Positions 49,124 through 62,328 of a DNA stretch of 64,000 nt are shown piece by piece. Source of the stretch: Felis catus (taxonomy: Eukaryota); the NCBI RefSeq assembly GCF_018350175.1, contig NC_058368.1, forward strand, positions 25,918,001 through 25,982,000, written 5' to 3'. The notes beneath the pieces are model-generated. The model searched no databases and had not been told where the DNA came from. It saw nothing but the letters and a program-made list of their open reading frames with translations. The translations under genes were made by a program, and so were the position numbers. Within the stretch, counting starts at the first letter, position 1. Each line of letters starts with the position of its first letter.

Positions 49124-49352
49124 TCTTTCTTTCTTTTTTTTTTTTTTTTTTAACATTTATTCATTTTTTGAGAGACAGAGACAGAGTGTGAGTGGGGGAG
49201 GGGCAGAGAGAGAGGGAGGCACAGAATCCGATGCAGGCTCCGGGCTCTGGACTGACAGCACAGAACCCGACATGGGGCTCGAACTCAAGGACCGTGAGAT
49301 TTTGACCTGAGCCGAAGTCGGATACTTCACCGACTGAGCCACCCAGGCGCCC
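49124..49352 (-). mobile_element. Can-SINE
   Basis: 19-bp TSD CATAGATTTGATGTTTCTT (49105-49123 / 49353-49371). Confidence 0.94.
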
Positions 49353-49689
49353 CATAGATTTGATGTTTCTTATGACGATTTCCTGGCAGATGGCAGCAAA
49401 GCGTCTTGAGGAAGGTGTGACTTTTTCTAATTTGTGCAAAGGTACTGTATGAGCTAGCAGAGGCTCTGGGGTGCTTGTTAGGTTTTTTTTTTTATAAGTC
49501 TTGCAAATTTTCCAGTCCCTTCCGATCTTGCTACATTATGTGAGGAGTCACAGACCCTCTGCTACTAATTATTTTGTAAATTGGGCACTTCAACATCTGC
49601 ACATAGCTTCTTGCATGTGCTGTGTGTGTAATTGTGCGATACCCCGGAAAGGTGAGTTGTACAAATTTCATGGAATACCGCTTAGCATA

Positions 49690-50412
49690 TAATATACCTC
49701 AAGAGCCAAAAGCATGTTTCTTCCCCTTACCTGGTAATTCTATTTCCAGAAATCAACATCAAAGGAAGAATCAGAGACGGGCAAAGAAACAGATTTATGA
49801 ACAAGGACAGATTTATGAGCAAGGGTATTTTTCCTTACAGCATCATCCATCACTAAAAATATGTGAGGGGCACCTGGGTAGCTCAGTCAGTTGAGTGTCT
49901 CATTTTGGTTCTGGTCATAATCTCATGGTTCATGAGTTCGAGCCTCTTATCTGGCTCACTGCTCCCAGTGCAGAGCCCCCTTTGGATCCTCTGTCCTCCT
50001 CTCTCTGCCCCTCCCCTACTTGCACTCTCTCAAAAATACATAAAACATTTAAAAAATTTTACCAAAAAATGTGTAAAACGATAAAATGATAAAAATAGCA
50101 GAATGAATGAACAAGTGGTATATCCACATGATGGAATATTGTACAGCTGTTGTTATTTACCGTCAAGATGATTTTATGATACAGAAGAAAGCAGAATCCC
50201 AAACTATATGCATAGTGTGGGTCCAACTTTGTATCACGTATTAATATGTTAATGTAAGTAAACACATGTAAAAACTGGAAAGAAATATGCTAAAAAGTTA
50301 ACAGTGGCTATTTCTAGATGGCAGAATTACAAGTGATATTTTTTCCCTTTACACTTATTTTAATTTTCCAACTTCTTTGAAGTGAGTATATAATTGCTTT
50401 CATAATCACAAA
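49690..50412 (+). mobile_element. Old L1ME-like 3' end interrupted by a Can-SINE (~49867-50064)
   Basis: GTGGTATATCCACATGATGGAATATT and AAAGTTAACAGTGGCTATTTCT motifs of L1ME 3' ends. Confidence 0.6.
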
Positions 50413-50438
50413 CTTTTCCCCCTGAAATAAATCCAGAT

Positions 50439-50552
50439 GGCCCGGGTTCGACTCCCGGTGTGGGAACGCCAAGACTTTTAGGAAAAAGAAAAATCAATTT
50501 AGGCCCTCCTTAACCAGGAGAAGGCTGATGTTTTTAGAAAATGCTATAACCC
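50439..50552 (+). pseudogene. Duplicated tRNA-Glu 3' fragment plus genomic 3' flank (copy of 41664-41777)
   Basis: 114 bp aligned without gaps at offset 8775, with 2 mismatches (50496, 50511). Contains the T-arm/B-box but no A-box or anticodon. Confidence 0.95.
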
Positions 50553-50870
50553 GGAAATCTGTGTTGAGTAGTATGAAAGGTGCTTTCATAGGCTCTCAGA
50601 AACCCTGCAGAAGGGGATTTCAGAGCTCTCCAGCCTTCTGTCAGCCTTTACTGACTGTTCTCACCCTTCAGATTTGGGGTTCTGGGCTGACCCCTGCGGT
50701 GGGTGGGGCCGGCAGCGAAGGGACAAAGCTCCAGGCCCACTATACCAGTCCCTTGTGTCCTCACCCAGGGAGGAATGGTTAGTCCATCTTCTTACCCAGA
50801 AACAAAACTTGGATTGCCCTAGGCCTTGCACAGGAAATGCCAGGATGGTGAGTGGTACGTGACATTCTTT

Positions 50871-51090
50871 AAAAAAAATTTTTTTTTTAACGTTTTATTT
50901 TATTATTGAGAGACAGAGGGAGACAGAGCATGAGCATGGGAGGGGCAGAGGGAGGGGGAGACACAGAATCCGAAGTAGGCTCCAGGCTCTGAGTCGTCAG
51001 CACAGAGCCCGACGCGGGGCTTGAACTCACAAACCACGAGATCATGACCTGAAGTCGGACACTTAACCGACTGAGCCACCCAGACGCCCC
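50871..51090 (-). mobile_element. SINEC_Fc
   Basis: TSD GTGACATTCTTT / GTGACCTTCTTT. Confidence 0.93.
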
Positions 51091-51582
51091 TTATGTGACC
51101 TTCTTTTAATAAACCAAGATTATCTGGTAACCCTTCAGTAAGAGCCCTCCTCCAGAGTTGAGAGACTTTTTAAGTGCCTGACTGAGATCTGATTGGATTT
51201 TCTTCATCTGGAAACTTCTTTTCAGGGCACTGCCTTGCCTTAGTGCTCAGTCACAAATGAAAAAGTCGGGTTTTTTCCTTTTAAAATTGTTTTCATGTTG
51301 AGTTTTGATCCATTACTCCTTAGCTGGATGTGGAAGGCCCTGGGGAGTTTTATCAAAATGAATTTCTATATTGGGAGTCACAATAATTTGAGTTCTTATT
51401 TGAGGGTTAGCAGAAACAACTGGTACTTTCACAAGTTGTAAAGAGGCCAATGTCAGATATTACAAATAAGACAATAAAAGGGGAAAATAGAATTCATTCC
51501 ATATTAGGGTCCGCAGTGATGACAAGACAGTGAAAAACTTGGATATTCAGAAAGAGCTCTCTACCTTTTAAACATGATCTTT

Positions 51583-51979
51583 GAGGCACCTCAGTGGTGC
51601 AGTCGGTGAAGCATCGGACTTTTGATTTCGGCTCAGGTCATGATCTCTTGGTTTGTGAGTTTGAGCCCCGCATCAGGCTCTGTGCTGGGATTCTCTCTCT
51701 GCTCCTACCCCACTTGCTGTCTCTCTCTCTCTCTCAGAATAAATACGTAAGCTTAAAAAAAAAAATAAACATGGGGCACCTAGGTGGCTCAGTCAGTTAA
51801 GCGTCCGACTTCAACTCAGGTCACGATCTCGCGGTCTGTGAGTTCGAGCCCCGCGTCGGGCTCTGGGCTGACATCTCAGAGCCTGGAGCCTGCTTCCAAT
51901 TCTGTGTCTCCCTCTCTCTCTGCCCCTCCCCCGTTCATGCTCTGTCTCTGTCTCAAAAATCAATAAACGTTAAAAAAAA
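51583..51979 (+). mobile_element. Two Can-SINEs, the second inserted in the tail of the first
   Basis: Outer TSD TAAACATGATCTT (51569-51581 / 51980-51992); inner TSD AAAAAAAATAAACATG (51758-51773 / 51972-51987). Confidence 0.92.
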
Positions 51980-53853
51980 TAAACATGATCTTCTGAGGGC
52001 ATGATATAAATACAGCTACATACATATACATATATACATAGATAATCACCCTTCTTCCAAGAAAGTTAGACCCCAAGAGTTCATACATTTCCAGTCTCCT
52101 ATCCAACGAATCCTTTCCTCAGGTTGTATCCACCACAGGGTCAAGAGACTTCTAGGGAAGGGAGACATAGTGAACAAGGCTACAGCTCTTCCCTCAGGTA
52201 AATTACTGTTAAAATTTAAATGTTTTGCCACTCCTTGTGAGTCTGTAACTATTTCAAAACAAAAAGTTACAAGAAGTTAAGTGACGAGGGTCAACAGAAG
52301 GAGCCAGGGGATTATGTAGATTCAAGGTACCAATTACAACTTTGCTGCCGTCCTCAGGTGTGTGACCAAGAGGTCAAGGTAGATGCTGGTGGGTGGAGGG
52401 TAATGGGCTTGGAAGTAGAGGGTGGAGAGCATACGGAGACACTGGAAGAGAAAACCTAGGGTTCCACTCTTCCACCAGGAGACAGAGGAAGCAACACTTG
52501 TATTTCCTTGAACATTTTCAGGGTGAGGTGTGGTTGGGGAGGAGGGGTGGCAGTTGAGTTGGTTGTGTGGGGTTATGTTTTGTTTTGTTGTTTACTGTTA
52601 GAGGACGAGGTGTCGATGCCTGTCCCTGGCATTGAAGCTGAATTCCACTGTGGACACTCGAGGTCCTCTGTTCCTTTCCTTACCCACTGACTTGCCCAAC
52701 GCCCAGTGCCGAGTCGGGTCAAACAAGTATAACGACTCTCGGGGGTGTTCTGAGGGATCAAGTGTGCAGCCAACGAAAGACTGTTTCTTAAGTTCATGTC
52801 GTGGATTCGTTCGCCAGCTTCTGCTTGGGCCACAAGCCACTGGCGAGGAAAATGACCTCAGTGACCAGATGCTGAGCAGAAGGCATTGCCCGCGGGACAA
52901 TGTTGCTTCACGGTTTCTGCCTGCCCTGGATGCTGTAGCTAGACCAGACTTTTTTTTTTTTTGGCAAAATTCTCAACCAGTCTAAACTTGGAAAAAGCTA
53001 GCATTTCTGGTCAGGGAGCCTTGGCTACTTGCACGAGGCTTTTGGAGCACAAAAGCTGGTCCCACACAGTGAGTGGTTGCCCAGCACACAGCTCTGAATG
53101 GAGCCCTTGGCAAATCCTTTTTGCTTCACCCTGTAACTCGAGCTCAGGCTCCCTTTCTGGCAAGGACACTGTGGAAAATTCCCCGGACATAGAGAGCTGG
53201 CTCTATTTCCTAGCAATTCTACGAAGTTCTCTCTCTGTGATGGCAAAAATGGAGCAGCCTAAACATCTTCAGATCACTGGGATCTAAAACAAAGAGTCCC
53301 TGGGGCACTCGTGACAAGAAACAGGGCCCCACTTTTCAGCACGGAGCTTTCAGACTTTAGATCTGGCATCAAAGGTTTGGTCACAGTGATTGCTTCCACT
53401 TGGGGCCTGCTGGGACTTTAGTGGGTCTGCAAATATTTTGAATTTCTTGGCAAAGCTGTCCCAGACTGTGTAACCTTTCTTTTGTCATCTGTAATAATAG
53501 GCAAACAGCTACCAGTTTTATAGAGAAATAAAGCTGGAGTGAATCAAATAGCCTGGGGTAGGTGGGTGGGAGGGAGCACAGCTTCAATTTTGACAGAGGA
53601 CTTGGAAGAGATCTGCCAATGTGTAACCTTAGGGGAAATTCTGTATTTTCTTCAAATCCGACTTCTTCATCTAAAAAGCAGTAAAAACACAATGCCTGTG
53701 TGAGAAGGTCAATGTGAGGATGAATGAATAAACACGGAAGGTGCCCAGGAGGCACTCCAAGAGTCTTAGCCTTCCCTCTCTCTCCTCCTGATCTCCACCC
53801 CCTTCTCCTCTCTCTAAAGCTATGATTTTCCAACTGTTTTAACTGCTGGAACT

Positions 53854-53855
53854 AA

Positions 53856-53898
<43 letters not shown>

Positions 53899-54083
53899 AA
53901 TGTTTATTTATGTAGAGAGTGAGAGAGCCTGAGTAGGGGAGGGGCAGAGAGAGAAGGAGAGAAAGGACCTCAAGCAGGCAGCGCAGAGCCTGATGCAGGG
54001 CTGGAACCCATGAGCTGTGGAATCGTGACTTGAGCCGGAAGCAAGAGTCAGACGCTTAACTGACTGAGCCACCCAGGCTCCCC
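53854..54083 (-). mobile_element. Can-SINE whose tail is a (CTAT)10 microsatellite (53856-53895)
   Basis: TSD ACTGCTGGAACT (53842-53853 / 54084-54095). Confidence 0.92.
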
Positions 54084-57000
54084 ACTGCTGGAACTTTTTA
54101 AAAATTCAAATAAATGTGTATGTAGAAGCCCAACATAGAAAACAGATAAAAATCCCAAGCTGCTACCAAGGAAGCACCTGCTCTGTCCCCTCTTCTCCTT
54201 GGTAGAAGCTTCCTGCAATTTCAGTGCCATCGGGGTGGGCTTTCTCATGTGCTGGGAGACCCTGTGGAATAGGGGCACCTTTGATTGGTGCCCCCCCCCC
54301 CGTGCTGCTCCCCACTCTTCCCAGATCCTGACAACTGAAATCTTCCCATGGAGGGCTCTGGTGTGTTTTGTGTTTAAATGAAAGCACTTTGAGTCAGAGT
54401 TCTTTCTATTCTGGTGTTTTTTCTGATGAACTCACTTTTCTGAGGAATAGTGGGACTAGCTGCCTGGGAGCTCTTGCTGAGCCTGAGGTGCGAATGTTCT
54501 TGTGCAGGAGCTGGACGAGAGCAGTGAGGGTTCTTGTTTTGTGCTCCTGCGTCAGAAACGGGGGAAATACTTGGACTGCACAGCCCTTTCTTTACTCAAG
54601 TTGGTGTGCCTACCAGATCTTATTGGCACCTGAAAAAGACATAGGATTAGGCACGCTGGTGCAAGGAGGGGGTCACAGGGTCAATCACAAGACACTTGGC
54701 TGTGCACTAAGGTCTAGTGTGAACTGGCCTCTGTGTGCGCCTCTACCTCAGGGGGTTGGCTCTGCAAGAGGCTGTTCCTGAAGGGACCGCCCTCAGAGGG
54801 TGCCCAGGTGGGCAGGGAAGCCCAAGGGCAGTGAGGGCTCCAGCAGGTGCACTTCCACGACTCACCCCATCTCTGCCTTCTTCTCATGTTGGCCACCATT
54901 TCCTTTCCTGCGGGATCATCTCGAGGCTTGTGAGAAGGGGCACATTCCTCCCTCCCAGGGAGGAGGAACATTTGAGGGCTGGGCAAAGGGCTTCTCTTCC
55001 TTTCTGTGTCTCTGATTATATAGATTGCTGGGTCTGGAGGATGAGGACGGGCTGGAGTCCTGCCTGAGCCGGGAGTTGGGATGTACAGTATTGCTTTCAA
55101 GACCTTAGTCATCAGTAAACAGCTATTATGCTCGGGCTCTAATGTGCTCTCTCTTCTGCTGGGTCGCCTGTGGTTGCCATGGATATGGCTTTGTCTTTGG
55201 AGGCCTATAACCAAGGAGGATTTAAGTAAATCCTCATGGGTCAATATTACCATAGCCCACCCCACCCCACCCCCCTGACCCCTCCCAAAAAAAAAAGAGA
55301 GAAAGAAAAAGAGAAAATGAGGCCACACTTAAACAACTCCAAGAAATCCTTAAACAGTTCTGCACTCATCACCAAAACAACAACAAAAACCCCGGGCTTT
55401 AATTGCCGGAACTTACAGGGCACACATTTTAAAAGTGTACTCAGAATTAGAAAGATGAGGTCCATTAATGGCTCTGATTGCAGCGAGTGCAAAATGATGG
55501 TATTTCCCGGTCTGGTGTTTTGGACAATATAAAGTTACATTTTGTTTTCTTGCCAGTGCTTAGTTTTTAGAATGCTTCTTGATTTGCCGTTTCTAAGATG
55601 TGTCATATTCCAGCATATAAACGAAGCGGTGTTTCAAGCAAACAGTAGTTGTTTCTGGCCACAGAGGATTCGGTGACATTTGGTAATGACTATGGAAGAT
55701 GGGTAGATTGATTTAAGAAGGCTGAAAAAAGAAAGAAGACTGGGTCCTGAGCAGTGACCAAAGAGCTCCAGTGTCTTTGTTTGAAAACACACGCACGCTC
55801 CCCCCGGGATTGCTCATAAGTCACCCCAGAGAAAGGTGCTGTCCCCTGGTAAAGCAGAGGTCAGAGGCTGAGAGCCCATGTGTGGCCACAGCCCCTCCAT
55901 GCTTTGGTTCTTTGCTCTAGAGTTGCATCCTTTTAATGGGCTGCCCTTTGTGTATGTTTCTTTGTGTGTGTTTCCCGGGACCACACGGCTCAGGCAGGGA
56001 GGCAGGCTGTGGATGCTGGGATGAGGACCCCAGCCGAGGTGCCCACAGCACAGAAAGGGCTGTTTCCGTAGCAGTGTTCATGCCGGCATCGCCAGGCTGC
56101 CCCCTTCCCTCCTGGTAACAACCCGAAGTTTTGTCACCCATCTTACTAGCTTCCATGTTCACTGTCATTGGCAGCAAGACACTTCCAGTGAAGAAGTTGG
56201 GTCTGAGTTGCAATCACCCAGAGATCTCTTCCACTGAAGTGGGAAAAAGTGATGTCAATTTCCTCTCTGTGGGCTTTTCCTCTCTTGAGTTTTCTCGTGT
56301 CTGTGTCAAACTCCGGATTAATCCACAGCCTCTCTTTGCTTGCCTTCCGAAACTCTCCCCGGTCTCTGCCTATCGTGTTACCCGGCAACCGTTGGGACTT
56401 CCCGAGTGGAGGATTATGACACTCTTGCTTTGATGCCAGGCGACCCAGTGCAAAGCCCCCTGTGATTGTCAGGAGCAGAGAAGGTGATAATGCTGCTGGC
56501 TGGTGGCCACCAGGGTCAGTGCTGGCCTGTCTGGACGAAAAAGGGAAGCTCACGCCTGAGCTGCCTCTGGAGGGTGCTGGGAGAAGTGGCCTGCCTCCTA
56601 CATCAGGTAGGAGTTGGCTCCCACCTTGCCCCCATCCTGCCTTGAGCTGCCTGGGAGGCCGAGGCCAAGTTCTAGAGTGGCGGGTCGGCAAACAGAGGCC
56701 CAGCTTCCGGGTTCGATGAGGTCTGCTGGGATGGGTGTCTTGGAGGCCTAACACAGCTTCAGGGTGTGAGAGGAGTCCCCAGATAAACCGCTGCTAGGTT
56801 GTCTGAGCCGCCTTATCAGACTCTTGAGGAAATTCTGGTCCTCATGGCTTCCATGTAGTTCTTCCGGGACCACCACCAAACAGGATAGATTTCATGGAAA
56901 AGCTGAGGGCTGTGCTAATCCTTAGTTGGCATCAGGCCAAGAGAGATAATTTTGATGTGGGTTAAAAGGAGTTTTCTGATTTTCCAAGCTGGTAGATGGA

Positions 57001-58558
57001 AAGGAAAAGGGGATGTCTGGGGTTTGGATTTGTGGATGACGGAAAGGACCTGGGAAGGTTATGAACCTTTAAATAGCATCCTATCTGTACCGTTACCAAA
57101 GATCCCAAGAAAGAAAAGGCAGAAGCAGGCAATGTGGTGTAGAGGGAAAGCCGCCATAGCTCTGATTTTAAATGAACACAAACAAAAGATGGAAGGAGGG
57201 GCACGACATGAAGGGTGTCACAAAAGAATAGCAGGAATCTGTATATTAGTGTCAGAAAAACTGAAGTCCAGAATACGCTAAGACTCGTGAAATAGCAGCT
57301 GACATGAGAATAATACTCTGTCATTTGCAAAGCATTTTCATGTAAATGATCACATGGATGCTCACAGTAATCCTGTGGGGGTGGGGGTGGGGCTGGGGGT
57401 GGGGTAGTTATTATCCTCAGAGTGTGTGGGGACTTCTCAGAGGCAAAGCTGGGATTTGAGCCCAGATCATCTTGGGCCAAATGCTGGGTCTTTCCACCAC
57501 ACCACATCACTTTTTGTCACATCGTTTAGAAGTATATTTAGAGAAAGGTGGGCAGGCCCATGGTTCCAGAGACAGTGTGATAGTAAGAAAAACTAGGTGC
57601 TCCTATATTTCCTTCAATTCATCACGAAGCAACACAATCTTCAAAGGATAGAACCAAATTTCTTAAAGTGGATGAGACCTTCAAGGAGAATCGAGTTCTG
57701 TAAGCGCAGGCCTGGACATCGTAGATGGCTGTTTCCAAAGGGACCTGACTTTCTCTTGCATGGCACTTACTTAAGAAATTGCTTGCTCAGTATCTGTGTT
57801 CCCCACTAGCCTTAGCATCTTGAAGGCAGGATCTATGGCCATCGTGTCCATCACGGTGTCCCCTTTGGCTGCCCAGGCAATGAATAAATAACTAACCACA
57901 GAACAACGAGCAGTAATTTTGGTGAAATTATAGAGAATGGGAGGTATGCCACAGAGAGAGGCAGAAGTCATCATGATTTACCAAAAAAAAAAAAAAAAAG
58001 ATTCTAGAGTCTACTTGCCAATTAACTAGCATTAGTCTCTAAGGTATTTGTATTCATTTCAACGATAAAAATGAGGCCCAGATATAGAAAGTGACTCCCA
58101 TGAACTCATTTCAGTCATCCCAGGGATCCAATCAGAACCTCTGTTTTGGGTCAGTCAAGGCTGAGATTGGGCCATCTGGGCTGTAATGTCAGGAATAAAT
58201 GCAGGAAAGAAAGGATTTCAAGGCAAGAATCTTTTGTTTTAGAGTCTAGGCTCTGGTTTCAGAATGAATTGTTCTATTAAGTACTCAGGCTTAGCAGAAG
58301 CAGCTTTACTTTCAGCTTGTGCTAGAAGGTACATATTTTAGAGACGGCGGGAGAGGATACATTCAACACCAAAGCCAAGCGATGCTATCAGTTATCAATA
58401 CTTAACCATCATGACCATAGGCACCAGATGTGCAAATGTGAACACAGGCAGAATGTTCTCTAGAAGACATTGACTCGATTCAACTGAAGCCAGATTTCCA
58501 GAGATTTCTGAAGCTCCACTCTTCTCAGGAAGGACACTAGTTAAAGGGAAGCTTCTCA

Positions 58559-58791
58559 GGGTGCCTGGGTGGCTCAGTCGGTTGAGCGTCCGACTTCGGC
58601 TCAGGTCATGATCTCACGGTCCGTGAGTTTGAGCCCCGCGTTGGGCTCTGTGCTGACAGCTCAGAGCCTGGAGCCTGTTTTGGATTCTGTCTCCCTCTCT
58701 CTCTGACCCTCCCCCGTTCATGTTCTGTCTCTCTCTGTCTCAAAAATAAATAAATATTTTAAAAAAATTAAAAAAAAATAATAAAATAAAA
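58559..58791 (+). mobile_element. SINEC_Fc
   Basis: 17-bp TSD TAAAGGGAAGCTTCTCA (58542-58558 / 58792-58808). Confidence 0.95.
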
Positions 58792-60909
58792 TAAAGGGAA
58801 GCTTCTCATCTCTTTTCCTGAACTCCAGGCACACCTTTCCAACTCCACGTGTGAACTTTCATGGGGCTGGAAGGACCTCGAGCTAAGTCCATCTCATGCC
58901 TTTATCTTCCTCATTCACTTCACGGTAGTCACGGTGGTCTTGTCTTCTCTTGGCTCCTCAACACACTCAGGTGTTCCTGCCCCAGGGCGCTGGCACCTGC
59001 CGTTCTGTCTTCCAGAACCCTTCCCTAGATCATCATCCCCACCACTGGCTTGGTGTCATTCAGGCCTCAGCTCAGAATCTCCTGGAAGAGGCCTGCCTGA
59101 CCCATTTCCTGTTGTGTTTTCCTCATGGTGCTTTCATCACAATACAAAATTGTTTAATTTCTCTTCTCTCCCTTCTCCCTCCCCTTCTTCTCTCTCTCTC
59201 CTTCCTTGTGCCTCTTCTTCCTTGTTTGTCTTCCCCACTAAAATGGGAGCTCCATGAGGCTGCTCCTTATCAGTCTTGCTTGCAGACGTATCTTCAGTGC
59301 CCGGGACGGCACCTGAGCAGGTGCTCAATATACATTTGTTGTGTGACTATGTTGACTCGCCCCACCTTCTTCCTTGGCTGCTTCCATTTAGAACACTTAC
59401 GGACACTACAGTCGTCTATTTTCAACACATGGTAAATGAGGAAAGGTAAATGGAGACCATTTGAAAGCCCTTTGATATTCCGTAAATAGTCTTAATTTTT
59501 GAGGTGTTTCTGATAACCTGAAAACAATCCGCAGTGACAGGCTCAGATCACCAGTTCTGGAGGCATCCAGAGGCTGAAGGAACTGTCCTGCAGTACAGGA
59601 AACCTCAGGGAAAGCTGAGGAAAGGGAACCCGGTGAGTCTATCTGGGAATGCAAAAAGCACTGCTGGCAGGAGATAAGCCTGTTCGGGGTCTCTCAAAAT
59701 ATCCTTTATTCAGATTATGTTGTGCCACCTGATCAGTGCCCATGGGCAAGCTCAGGGTTGGAAGGGGCTAGGAGCAGGCCAAGGATAGGCAGTAAAAGAG
59801 AAGCTTGGGTGGCAGAGGAAGCTGAGGAAAACACATCCCAGGAGGTACTGGCTCCAGGTTAGCATTTCTGCTGATCTTACTGAACGATGTGGGCATGCCC
59901 CCTCCCCTGCCCTTTACCTCGGTTTGAAGAAACAGGGGTGTTAGTGGGGAAGTTAGGAAGGGGTGAGGCTGTCAGACCGTCTTGTGGAACCATACCCCCA
60001 ATAACAGTCAATTAAATAAAATTCTGAGCTTAAGCAATACAGGTCTGCACAGCAGCTATGATGTCATTGATCCAATTGCCTTTTCCTCATTGTTCTGCCG
60101 TCTTTGGACTTCGCCCTCATTCGGACTACCACATCCACATTTCAGCCAGAAGAGGAAAAGAAGGGGAAGGAGCTCAACTTTCAAGCTTACCACGAGGAAG
60201 GTGCACGGGTACTCTCCATTCTTATCCCATTGGCCAGAACTTTGTCTGTGGACGTACCTCAGTCCAAAGGAGTCTGGGAAATGTGGTCTTGAACTGGGTG
60301 GCCGTGTCCCACCTAAAAATTCCACAACCGTGAAAAAGAAGGAAGAGATGTATCAGGAAACGGCATTTCTGTCACAGGTGAGCGGAAGAAATTGCCTTGT
60401 GAATGCGATGATGATTATCCTTTGCAACTGGCCCCGGGAAGAAGTAACTGCCCCGGGAGGAAAATCATTCGGCTGTCTGCCAGGTCTTTGCACGGCAAAC
60501 TATAGATTTTGATAAACAGACCACTGCACATCTCTCCCTGGCAAGAATATAAAGCCCAGTGATAATAAGCCATATGAGTGCCATAAACCCTAAGTAGCTG
60601 TTTTGAAGTCATCAGAATGCAGCGCCTACCAGATAATTTACCCAATCTGTCAGAATGCTGCTTCCTGCTTCCACCATCAACCATTTGGAATTAACTATAA
60701 AGCACGTCTGCTGTGGAGTCTAAATCTAGAAACAGTAGAATGTAAGCTCTGGAGATATTAAATTTGTGGCAGGCACTTATTCACTCGATGTGTAACTACT
60801 AGGTACCCACTGCACCAAGCTGGCCTATGGGGTGGGGCAGCTGTGATATTGAGAACGACAGAGATGTATGTTCACGAGTTCAGTGACAGAACATCTGCTT
60901 ATGAATGAG

Positions 60910-61640
60910 GGCATTCACTCATTTGTTCATTCGTTCAACGACTATTTAGTGAACCCCTACTTTGAATCAGACCCACGGTACTGGGACACATTGATGAACA
61001 AGCAGGGTTCTGAGGTTCTTGCCTCAGAGCATATATTCTAGTGTGAGGAAAAGGCAGGAAAGAAGAAAGCAAGCCTGTGAACAGACAGGATACTATAGAG
61101 TGATAAATACTGAAGGAACTAAATAGAGATGTGATGGAGAGCTTGGGCAGTGAATAGGAGGGTCAGTGAGGGCCTTTCTGAAGTGATGGTTGAATCCTGA
61201 AGGATGAGAAGTCAGCCACATGGGAAGCCAGGAGCAGGGAGGTGGCAAAGAGCTTGTGTGTTAGTGTGTCTGGTGTGGCCGGAGTGTTTTGAGTGAGGGG
61301 ACATGATGCAAGATGCGACTGACTGGACAAGGCTGGTCCCAGAGAGTTTTCTGGAAAGGGTGGAACTTGAGCCGATCCTTGCAGGACAGGTAAAGTTCGA
61401 GTCTGCGAGAGGGGAAACATTTGCAAAGTAGGGTGAGCTGTGAGGGGCTTGAGCCAGGACTGTGCCGACCCAAGATGGTGGGTGAGAAGGGTTCCTGATG
61501 GGAGGAGTGAGAGAAAAGGCTGGAAAGGCAACCTCAGGAAACTTCTGGAAGGCAAAGGGACTTGAATTCTCAAAGATCATGCATGTACAGCCATTTGATC
61601 AGGAGAGAGGCATGATCGAAGCGTGGTTTTAGAAAGATTT
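60910..61640 (-). mobile_element. L2 LINE 3' fragment(s)
   Basis: CATTCACTCATTTGTTCATTCGTTCAAC tail and L2-like body. Confidence 0.65.
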
Positions 61641-61654
61641 TCTACAAGCTAGGT

Positions 61655-61870
61655 AGTAGCCTCTCAGTCTTGGCACTATTGATGCTTTGGGCCAGATCAT
61701 TCTTTGTTGTGAAGGATCCTGTACACTGCAGGATGTTTAGCAGCACCCCTGATCTCTAAATGCCAGGAGCACCCACCCTTCCTAGTCCTGACGATCAAAA
61801 ATGTCTCCAGATATGGCCAAATGTCCTAGGGGGTGGGGGAAGGGAAAATCACTTCTGGTTGAAACCACTA
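61655..61870. mobile_element. MER20 hAT-Charlie element
   Basis: GGCACTATTGA…GGATGTTTAGCAGCA…AAAAATGTCTCCAGA…GGTTGAAACCACT. Confidence 0.85.
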
Positions 61871-62328
61871 CTTTAAAAAAAAAAAAAAGGTTTTGTTTAT
61901 CTTTATGTTTTTGTTTTTGAAATCAGATTTTGGACCTGAAATATCTTGATCATTGACTGTTTTCTCTCACTGTGATTGTATGGACATAGGAACTCCAGAT
62001 TTAAATAGGAAGGCAACCTTAAGTTGTAGTTACTGAATATTTTTGACTTAAAGAAAAGCTTATACAAATAAGTTTCAGTTCACTCTAAAATGAAGTTTTG
62101 CAAGCTTTGAGGGATCTTTCCTCTGCTGTGCCATCCCTTGATGTTTTCGATCTTCTTACAGTGTGTCCCCCTCTACTCGGGTGGATGAGCTCCTTAAGGC
62201 CACCCCTAGGGGGAGTGGGGGAGGTGGGGCACAGAAGGAAAGGCCCTTTTCCAGCGAGAAGATGTGTAAGCTGAGCTGAAAAAACATTAAGGAGGATTGT
62301 TTTGAGATTTTTTTCAGGCCCCTAAATT

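Noticed and set aside
9264..49823. Short direct duplications (9264-9295, 21563-21617, 42838-42867, 44159-44200, 49788-49823)
   Set aside because: Isolated two-copy slippage duplications of unrelated sequence with no spacer array; not CRISPR-like.
50421..50558. CCTGAAAT / CCGGAAAT as a possible TSD around the tRNA-fragment copy
   Set aside because: Only 7/8 identity, the left copy is 10 bp from the junction, and most of the right copy is explained by the donor sequence.
54368..57510. Several 100-200 aa ORFs on both strands
   Set aside because: No recognisable homology or splice architecture; they overlap in conflicting frames.
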